A stretch of 64,000 nucleotides of DNA. Origin: Deltaproteobacteria bacterium (GTDB lineage: Bacteria > Desulfobacterota > DSM-4660 > Desulfatiglandales > HGW-15). The position numbers and the translations under genes were made by a program. Positions 57,234-64,000 of this stretch are shown in pieces; position 1 is the stretch's first letter; each line of letters opens with the position of its first letter. The notes beneath the pieces were generated by a model. The model was not told where the DNA came from and searched no databases. It saw nothing but the letters and a program-made list of their open reading frames with translations. Location: the NCBI GenBank assembly GCA_019310485.1, contig JAFDEF010000011.1, positions 6,919 to 70,918 on the forward strand. The letters run 5' to 3'.

Positions 57234-57917
57234 CTAAGACTTCGTGTTGAGGGAGACCAAGATTTTTTGGGCCATGCCTCTTCCCAGCGCAAGGCGTGTG
57301 GTTCCGTGGCCTACTATCAGCCTTCCCATTCCAGGATTACTTATAACCTCCAGTTGATCGCTGGGCCGTAACCCCATGCTTCCGAGCCTTGTGCGCACCT
57401 CTCGTCCTCCGAGTATGTCAGTTATGACGACTCTTTCGCCAGGCTTTGCCAGAGACAGCGGCATGAGGGGACGCCTTTTCTTTAGGCAGTCAGGGCAAAT
57501 GCCGTAAATCTCCATCTTGTGCTGGAGGATGTGGAAACCTTCCATAGCTGCAATTCTTGCCTGCAATTGTTCTATCTCGTCATTCCTGAATTCAACGATC
57601 TTGCCGCACTTGGTGCAAATCAGGTGGTCGTGGTGTCTTCCCAGGTGGCGATGTTCATAGCGGGGCGGCTGTCCCTCGAATGTCTTCTTTTGCGCAAATC
57701 CGAGCTCCACCCACCGATTCATACACTGCCTTACAAAGTCAGGTTCGTAGTCATAGCCCCTTTTTTTCAAGAGATCCATAAGCTCTTCAACAGTGATATG
57801 TTCTTCTGTGTCAAGAAAGACATCAATGACGTTCAAGCGTTTATCGATGTCTCCCAGGCCATCCTCTGCGATAAGCGCTCGAAAATTCGCTTTTTCAAAA
57901 TGACTATTTGTTTGCAT
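57234..57917 (-). CDS. Fur-family regulator fused to a C-terminal FeoA domain
   Basis: HHDHLICTKCG...YGICPDC, then FeoA-like LSLAKPGE...RLGSMGL...RLALGRGMAQKILV. Confidence 0.88.
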   Translation of the reverse strand: MQTNSHFEKANFRALIAEDGLGDIDKRLNVIDVFLDTEEHITVEELMDLLKKRGYDYEPDFVRQCMNRWVELGFAQKKTFEGQPPRYEHRHLGRHHDHLICTKCGKIVEFRNDEIEQLQARIAAMEGFHILQHKMEIYGICPDCLKKRRPLMPLSLAKPGERVVITDILGGREVRTRLGSMGLRPSDQLEVISNPGMGRLIVGHGTTRLALGRGMAQKILVSLNTKS

Positions 57918-58021
57918 TGATCAGCTCCAACCCTGAAATATTCTCAGTACAGCTTAAACGGAATGGCTCGTTAGTGGCCGACATTCTTAGCCCCAGTTAC
58001 AAAAGCTTCCAGGCTAAAACA

Positions 58022-58063
58022 GAGAAGGGCATACCACTTAATCAATGGAATGCCCTTTCTTTT
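58022..58063. terminator. Terminator-like hairpin downstream of the cold-shock gene
   Basis: GAAGGGCAT...ATGCCCTTTC inverted repeat with flanking T tracts. Confidence 0.5.
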
Positions 58064-58080
58064 GTCAGAAACAAAATGTG

Positions 58081-58281
58081 CTAAGCAACAGTTACATTTA
58101 CGGCGGAGGGGCCTTTTTTGCCCTGCTCAACGTCAAAGGTAACTCGATCGCCTTCATTCAAGGACTTGAAACCGGATGCATTGATCCCAGAATGATGAAC
58201 AAATACATCTGTTCCGTCTTCTTGTTCAATGAACCCGTAGCCCTTGCGGTCATTAAACCACTTCACGATTCCATTAGCCAT
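58081..58281 (-). CDS. Cold-shock protein (CspA family)
   Basis: [30 protein letters not shown]; GGAGG RBS. Confidence 0.95.
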   Translation of the reverse strand: MANGIVKWFNDRKGYGFIEQEDGTDVFVHHSGINASGFKSLNEGDRVTFDVEQGKKGPSAVNVTVA

Positions 58282-58577
58282 TGTGACAACCTCCTTTCCA
58301 AAAATACTTGGTTCCAAACTTCAGGTCGCCACTCTTGCTAAATGGATCTTTCCCTCAGAACGAAACCGGCCTGCTCAAATAAGCAAAACCATGTTGGCAT
58401 AATAGTCTTTTTTTTAAGTATGTCAAGCTTTTTCTCACTAGGGGCCCTGAGTTTTTTATGGCACTCTGGGATGGATTATTGTAGGGAATAAAAAAAGCCT
58501 CAGGTCTATTGACCCGCGATAGATTCTCTGCTCGTGTTAGCGAGGATTGGTGTTTCCCGGAAAGGAATTAAAAGTCC

Positions 58578-59396
58578 TTGGAATTCTGCAATCAAAAAAA
58601 GAATTATTTCTTGATAAAAATTTCTACCTCAGATCCGGGGATTTATAACCAGGCATCAACACTAAAGAGTTTTTTGAGGAAAGATTACAACCCTGGAGCT
58701 TCTTTACTTGTCCTTGTTTTCTTGCCCGAGAATGTCGACGAAATACTTGAGCGATTTGTCAAGCTATTCCCGGGAGCCGACATTGTGGAGACAGGACTTT
58801 CTCCTGTTCCGGGTACCCCCGGATATGAGGGGCTTATCTCCGAAAAGATCAGCATAATTTCTGGGCTCGGAGGGATGATGCCAAAGGAGAGGCAGGTATT
58901 AGTGAAAAGCTTTCTTTCTTTTGGGAGCGGCTTTCATCCTACGACACGCCTGTGCGCCAGACTGATGGAAAGAATGTTTTCAGGCAGAATGAAAGATATC
59001 CTGGATGTAGGTACTGGAAGCGGTATTCTGGCACTGTGCGCATGGCGGCTTGGAGCAAGGAGGGTGCTGGCAGTTGACACAAGTTTTGGAGCGATAAAGG
59101 AAGCAGGCTCGAATATCAAGGCCAATGGCGCATCAGGGAGTATCCTGGTTGTGCACGGCTCTGCCGATTGTGCAAGACCAAAGGGGTTTGATCTTGTCGT
59201 TGCCAACCTCACCATAGGGGTTATGAAAGGGCTGGCGCCAAGTTTTCCCTTGCTCTTGAGGAAGGGAGGACATATGATCCTTTCCGGGTTTGTGGAAAAG
59301 CACAAGCAACTTGTTTTGGAAAAATTGGAGTCTTCTGAGATTATAGAGGAAGACGAACTGGACGGGTGGAAAGGCGTTGTCCTCTCCGAGGGATGA
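58578..59396 (+). CDS. PrmA-like class I SAM-dependent methyltransferase
   Basis: SFGSGFHPTT..C, LDVGTGSGILA, FDLVVANL, ILSG. N-terminus divergent and start uncertain. Confidence 0.78.
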   Translation: MEFCNQKKNYFLIKISTSDPGIYNQASTLKSFLRKDYNPGASLLVLVFLPENVDEILERFVKLFPGADIVETGLSPVPGTPGYEGLISEKISIISGLGGMMPKERQVLVKSFLSFGSGFHPTTRLCARLMERMFSGRMKDILDVGTGSGILALCAWRLGARRVLAVDTSFGAIKEAGSNIKANGASGSILVVHGSADCARPKGFDLVVANLTIGVMKGLAPSFPLLLRKGGHMILSGFVEKHKQLVLEKLESSEIIEEDELDGWKGVVLSEG

Positions 59397-59559
59397 TCTT
59401 TTTTTTGGAGCCTTGGAGAAATAAATCTTGATGCCATCTGTAAGGTCGGCCGCTTAATCCAGGCGATGAGGTGTCGCAGGGTAGATCAATTGGAAGGCAA
59501 CTTTGTCCGCGATTCTTGCATAGAGAAACAAAATACAAGGAGAAAAGGAGACAGGGAAG

Positions 59560-59904
59560 ATGAGTGAAAAAACACATCTTTATGTATTATGGACTAGTGG
59601 TGATCCGGCTGCAGCGGAAAAGATGGTTTTCATGTACACTATAAATTCCCTTATCAATGGGTGGTGGGAAAATGTTACCTTGATCGTTTGGGGCGCTGCA
59701 ACCAAGTTGGTAAGCGAAAATCCAGGGATGCAAGAAAAGGTTAAAGAAGCGATAGATGCAGGTGTTCATGTTACCGCATGCAAAGCGTGCGCAGACCAAC
59801 TGGGGGCAACTGAAACATTGGAGAATCTCAAGGTGGAGGTCAAGTATTGGGGGGTACCGCTTACCGAGGTATTGAAAGCGGATGAAAAACTACTAACAAT
59901 ATGA
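59560..59904 (+). CDS. DsrE family protein
   Basis: LYVLWTS, LIVWG, ACKACAD. Confidence 0.82.
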   Translation: MSEKTHLYVLWTSGDPAAAEKMVFMYTINSLINGWWENVTLIVWGAATKLVSENPGMQEKVKEAIDAGVHVTACKACADQLGATETLENLKVEVKYWGVPLTEVLKADEKLLTI

Positions 59905-59977
59905 AATCTTCTCATGCTTTACAATTGAATTCCCGCATCAGGCGAGCAAGTTATCTTTGGTTCTTAAGCTACGGAGC

Positions 59978-60784
59978 TTAAGGTAATGATTGTGAGTTGC
60001 AGATTAACCTGCCGTTAACCCATATCTCGAAACCCTCGAGTCTTGTGCGCTGCTTTTCCAGCTCGCTTTTTGCCCATTGTGCCCAATGATTGAATGGCGG
60101 CAGGAAGATATACCCGCTCTTTCTTTCCCCAATTGCAGTGTATTGGTTTTGCGCTACCGACCCCGCAGTCAGTAAGCACACGAGGGCAGCTCTTTCCTCG
60201 TGATCTGCGCATTCCCGGCAATTGCGAAGAAGCGTTCCGCTCCGCTCTAACCGGAGAGCGTGCTTGGAGAACAGGTCAAGTGCCAACCACTGATCATAGA
60301 GCCAGTCAAATTTCCTTCCCCGTTGAAGAAAGGGCATGCGCTCGAAGTAGGTCACTGGAATTACAAGTGCAAGATATGCATTGGGAAATGCTTCGACAAT
60401 ATTGCTTCCCGGCCACACTCGCGGAAAATCGAACTTGTTATGGGCCACAGGTACAAGAGGGGCGATCTGCCTGGCTGTATCAAAGCCTGCCCTGCGGAGT
60501 TGCTGTCCTGTGCCGCGCACATGGGAAAGATACGGCTTGCACCTGCGCTGGAAGGCGCCTAAGGTGAGGAGCTTTTCGCAGGGGCGTGCACCCCAGTGCA
60601 AATCCGGCAGAACCGGCGCATCTATTGCTGCAATGTCTGCACCGCCTTTAGATCCCAGGACCTCCAGGCGGCTTTCCCGCGAAGAGGTAGCCCGGCCAAT
60701 CCTGAGTTCTCCATTTGAAAGCCTGGCAACCCCTGAGCTACGCCTGGTCTTCGAAAACCCTACATCCAGCCCGATAAGATCCAT
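59978..60784 (-). CDS. DUF429 family protein (RNase H-like fold)
   Basis: IGLDVGFS, AIDAP, RPCE, VEAFPN. Start trimmed to MDLIG. Confidence 0.7.
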   Translation of the reverse strand: MDLIGLDVGFSKTRRSSGVARLSNGELRIGRATSSRESRLEVLGSKGGADIAAIDAPVLPDLHWGARPCEKLLTLGAFQRRCKPYLSHVRGTGQQLRRAGFDTARQIAPLVPVAHNKFDFPRVWPGSNIVEAFPNAYLALVIPVTYFERMPFLQRGRKFDWLYDQWLALDLFSKHALRLERSGTLLRNCRECADHEERAALVCLLTAGSVAQNQYTAIGERKSGYIFLPPFNHWAQWAKSELEKQRTRLEGFEIWVNGRLICNSQSLP

Positions 60785-60788
60785 TTTT

Positions 60789-61181
60789 CTACCCGGCATT
60801 CGCATCCTGCTCTTTGACGGGGTTTTTGAAAGAGCAAGGGACACCTACAAGGCACTTCCCGCATACGTCAGCTTTGCCCAGGGATACATATTTCTTCTCG
60901 TTTTTGAGGCAGACCTGGTAGCACTTGTGCCTGTAAAAGTTGTCAATGAAAAGTGCTCCCCCGACGAAGCGACTTACACTGCGCTCGCATGAACCATTGT
61001 GGTGATAAAGGCAGGCCTCTGCTTTGGGGCGAGGATCTGGCGGCAGTTTAAGGGAGGTGAGGAAACTCCCCGCTCTGCCGCAGCACCCTGACTCTGTGAT
61101 AAGCATGTTATTTAGGCCAAAGCGCCCGAGGCCCGCTACAAAGGCAGCGTGGCGGTGTGACCAGTCGCTAACAAGCCTTTT
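60789..61181 (-). pseudogene. 5'-truncated epoxyqueuosine-reductase-like (QueG-like) Fe-S protein remnant
   Basis: SDWSHRHAA..AGLG.FG.NN.LIT..G..GR...VCGKC...PC. No start codon of its own, and two expected Cys codons appear as AGT/TTC. Confidence 0.75.
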
Positions 61182-61197
61182 CAGCAGGTGAGACTTC

Positions 61198-62028
61198 TCA
61201 AATTCCGCCAAAGTAAAATGAGGTTCCAGGGATAACTTTTCGTCGTGTGCGCACCGGCATGCCTTCGTAAGGATATACCTCGTGTTCAAGCACTGCCTTT
61301 TCATGGGTTGGGAGTATATAGTCGGACCTTTTGTCAATTTCCTCAACGCTTTTCCAGCCCTCAACGGTATTGACAAAGCGAGCCGGCACCCAGTAGCGCC
61401 ATTTCTCCTCCATATTTGGCTCCATATTCTTGAGTTGAAAGATGGCATCTCCCGCAAAAACAGCATCCCCTGCAGACGTCTTGACCACTACACACTGATG
61501 TCCCACCGAATGCCCGGGAGAGGGGAAAACGCTCACTCCCGGCACGATAGTTGCCTCTCCCTCTACAAATTCGAAATGGCACCCGACAAAAGGGGCTTCA
61601 ATTCCTAGCACAGGAGACTCATAGGAACGATAATAGAGAGGCAGGGGATTGTGGGCCATGGTAAATTCCGCCTTGGTGCAGATGTAGCGCGCATTCTTGA
61701 AAGCCTTCATGTTGTGCACATGATCCCAGTGCAGGTGGGTGAAAATACAGATATCAATTTCTTCAGGATCTACCCCCATCCTTCTCAGGAATTCCGGGCT
61801 TTCGACACATCCTCTCTTTTCGCATTTGTGATGGTAGCGAGTTGCTCGTTCTGCATCAGGAAGACCGGTGTCAATCATTATTTTGTATTCGCCGGTGTCC
61901 ACGTAGAAACAAACTGTGGGGTTCCAGATTTTCTTGCCCGCAGGGCCTTTCCAGAAAATATAGGTTCCAAGATCAACCTCGAGCCATCCAGTGTTGACGG
62001 GGTAAATTCGAGTTTTTTCTATCGACAT
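61198..62028 (-). CDS. N-acyl homoserine lactonase-like MBL-fold hydrolase (AttM/AiiA family)
   Basis: IDTG, THLHWDH, PGHSVGHQ, AGDA, LPTH. Confidence 0.85.
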   Translation of the reverse strand: MSIEKTRIYPVNTGWLEVDLGTYIFWKGPAGKKIWNPTVCFYVDTGEYKIMIDTGLPDAERATRYHHKCEKRGCVESPEFLRRMGVDPEEIDICIFTHLHWDHVHNMKAFKNARYICTKAEFTMAHNPLPLYYRSYESPVLGIEAPFVGCHFEFVEGEATIVPGVSVFPSPGHSVGHQCVVVKTSAGDAVFAGDAIFQLKNMEPNMEEKWRYWVPARFVNTVEGWKSVEEIDKRSDYILPTHEKAVLEHEVYPYEGMPVRTRRKVIPGTSFYFGGI

Positions 62029-62285
62029 TGCTCACACTCCTTTTTCTATAACTTGTGTTCGTCCGGTTCATTTATCAAGAGAGAACTGATTTTGCAACAA
62101 TCCCTGAAGTCTCTAAATGTTTCGTCATTCTTTTACAGCACCCGCAGTGGGTGCCGTTATTATCTGCCTCGCGGCAATGAATGTAAGACTGCACAATCTC
62201 ATACCTTTTGTTTGTCAGTAAATGCGATAAAATCAACAAACAGGCATGGTTTCCTCCCTAATTGCCATCGGTTAACCATGTATGA

Positions 62286-62628
62286 TCATGACAGCAGTCT
62301 CCGAATGGTGTCTGCCGGAAAGGGCTTCCCATGCCCCGGGTAAACTGTCTTTGCGCCCTCTTTCAAGGCAATCTTTCTCCTCTCGGTGCATGGCAATTCT
62401 GGCACCTGTGATGTTTTTGATTGCGCTGGCTGATCCAATATGATCAGGGTGCCCGTGGGTCATGACCATGAGTTGAATCTCTTCAGGCCGGATAGGCACT
62501 CGCTGGATACCTTTCACAAAAGCCTTCACTTTGTTTGGGGCTCCACCATCGACCATGATGATCCCCTCACCTTTGATCAGGTAGTAGCGCACAATTCCAA
62601 CCACAAGCGGATAAATGTTAACTTTCAC
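62286..62628 (-). pseudogene. MBL-fold hydrolase with internal deletion and frameshift
   Basis: N-terminal half with THGHPDHIG is joined near 62355-62365 to the family C-terminus KEGAKTVYPGHGKPFPADTIRRLLS* in another frame. Confidence 0.75.
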
Positions 62629-62711
62629 TATTAACCTTCCTATCCCAATGAAGAGCTCCCCCGAAGAAAAGTCAGTGGAAACCGGGGATTCCGCCCCCTG
62701 CCGGTAGTCTC

Positions 62712-63203
62712 TTAATCCAGATCCAGCTCAGCTTTACACTTGTTGCATCTTACAGCACCACGAAAAACTTTGTTGCCGCATTCAGGACAAATGTAGCGAG
62801 CTTCCTCATCTTGAACGAATTTTTCTGTTCCGTGCTCTCGCCAGTATGGAATGGCACGCAGGATAACTTTTTTGCCCACACTCATGGGGAAATCTTCAAT
62901 ATACTGGCAAGGAAACTCGTCGCATTCGTGACATCCGCTGTAGCCCTTTTCTATGGTGCACGCCCTTATCTCACACTGCTTGCAATGCATAAATTGATCG
63001 TCAGAGAGGCACCCCTGGCATTTTATGTCTTCCACTGTAAGATTTTCGCTGTTAGGAAGAGTTCCTTTGCCTGGAACTCCTCCCTTGTAAAGCTCAACCA
63101 ACCTCTCCTTGAAGTTTTGGTTATTGTCACGGTCTGCAATGTAAATGGCACAGACCCCGCAATAAAGACCACAAGGAGAAACAAAAGCCGGATTTATGCT
63201 CAT
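62712..63203 (-). CDS. DUF3795 family Cys-rich protein
   Basis: PCGLYCGVC, CQGC, C.IR.C, C.EC.EFPC, C-terminal zinc ribbon. Confidence 0.85.
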   Translation of the reverse strand: MSINPAFVSPCGLYCGVCAIYIADRDNNQNFKERLVELYKGGVPGKGTLPNSENLTVEDIKCQGCLSDDQFMHCKQCEIRACTIEKGYSGCHECDEFPCQYIEDFPMSVGKKVILRAIPYWREHGTEKFVQDEEARYICPECGNKVFRGAVRCNKCKAELDLD

Positions 63204-63241
63204 AATTCAACCCTCCATTTTATTTGTCGCCATCCCTTTTT

Positions 63242-63982
63242 CTATCCTTTGACCCTTATCTCGCGTCCACGCCAGAAGATAGAACCCTTGACATAGTAGT
63301 AGAGCGCTCGCGAGATACAGCATGTCGCCACAATTGCAGACAATGGAAAAAATAGGAGTTTGAGTGGATGAAAACTTGCTAGACGCCTGACAGTGAAAAA
63401 ACTGAAGTACTGTATACCATAAGCGGTTACTCCTGCAAAAAGCAAAAGCCCGTTAAGGTTCAAGACTCCGAGAGCAGCGGCGAACAAGGGCGTCCAATTC
63501 TGGAGGATTCCTGCTATGATCAATGGAATTGCAAGCCACGGTTGGCCCTCAACAGCCACTAAAATGTTCTTGGTTGTGCCCCAAAAAGCGTCATAAGAAT
63601 TTTTGAATAACCTTACCCGCAAACACTCAGGAGCTATTCTGTAGGCAACACGATAGCCCTGTTTTTTTAAGATGCGCGCTAGTGCCACATCATCAAGCAT
63701 CTCGCCTTTTATTCGTTGGAATCCTCCAATATCGTGAAACGCACGAGCTCTCACAAGCATAAGTGCCCCTGAGGCTAATGCGTGGGGGGAATCTGGATCC
63801 TCTTCCTCATCCCGAGCTGGAATAATTACACTTATCTTTTCTGATCGATGCACAGGATCAAGAGGGGAAGAGACCCAGTGGATGCGTTTCTGGGCTAATA
63901 GTGACATCGCTGTAATTGCCAACCAGAATATAGTTACAATTGCAGTGAGGATCAGAACCGGATATTCCATACCGATATTCAT
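63242..63982 (-). pseudogene. GT2 glycosyltransferase with in-frame internal deletion
   Basis: ISVIIPARDEE runs straight into DPDSPHALASGALMLV...IGGF...LDD...WRGR; the DD/GK/DxD core is absent. Confidence 0.7.
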
Positions 63983-64000
63983 ATCAACCTAAGATATATT

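Noticed and set aside
1187-59904. Other TGA-terminated genes (e.g. 1187, 41047, 45082, 59904) as readthrough candidates
   Set aside because: Their stops fall at the expected family C-terminus, with no conserved Cys position to explain readthrough
62072-62130. TTATCAAGAGAG resembles the 5' end of a SAM-I riboswitch
   Set aside because: The following conserved elements (GAGGGA kink-turn, GCAACC, GTGC, closing GATRA) are not in place, and it lies on the strand opposite the neighbouring genes
1-64000. CRISPR arrays, tRNA/rRNA genes, transposases, prophage genes
   Set aside because: No regularly spaced repeats, cloverleaf motifs or such protein motifs were seen on manual reading

Overview
A gene-dense window (about 60 CDS, roughly 45-50% GC by eye) from an anaerobic bacterium. 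The gene content (W-AOR, Fur-FeoA fusion, DUF2333-hypA-hypB, DsrE, DUF3795) suggests Desulfobacterota/Deltaproteobacteria, which is an inference. Positions 1 to about 54 kb form a large catabolic island for an unidentified substrate. It holds 8 stand-alone cupins, 4 Zn-dependent dehydrogenases (3 close paralogues), 2 Tm-1-like/UPF0261 proteins, 2 divergent GlpA/LhgO-like flavoproteins, three aldolase classes, several amidohydrolases, AOR, an acetylene-hydratase-like bis-MGD enzyme, LIV-ABC, TTT and MFS transporters, and SorC- and XRE-family regulators. Main observations: (1) a TM1459-like cupin (7298-7633, minus strand) whose apparent TGA stop sits at the family Cys position and is followed by a SECIS-like hairpin, so it is a candidate selenoprotein; (2) a tandem palindromic operator (TGCWCA-NN-TGWGCA twice) next to a TTGACA box at four promoters across 45 kb, probably the regulon of the local SorC-family repressor; (3) a 195-bp MITE with a perfect 8-bp target-site duplication and a second small inverted-repeat element; (4) three neighbouring genes at the right end damaged by clean deletions. 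No rRNA, tRNA, CRISPR array or transposase was recognised. All family calls come from motif recognition, not database searches.
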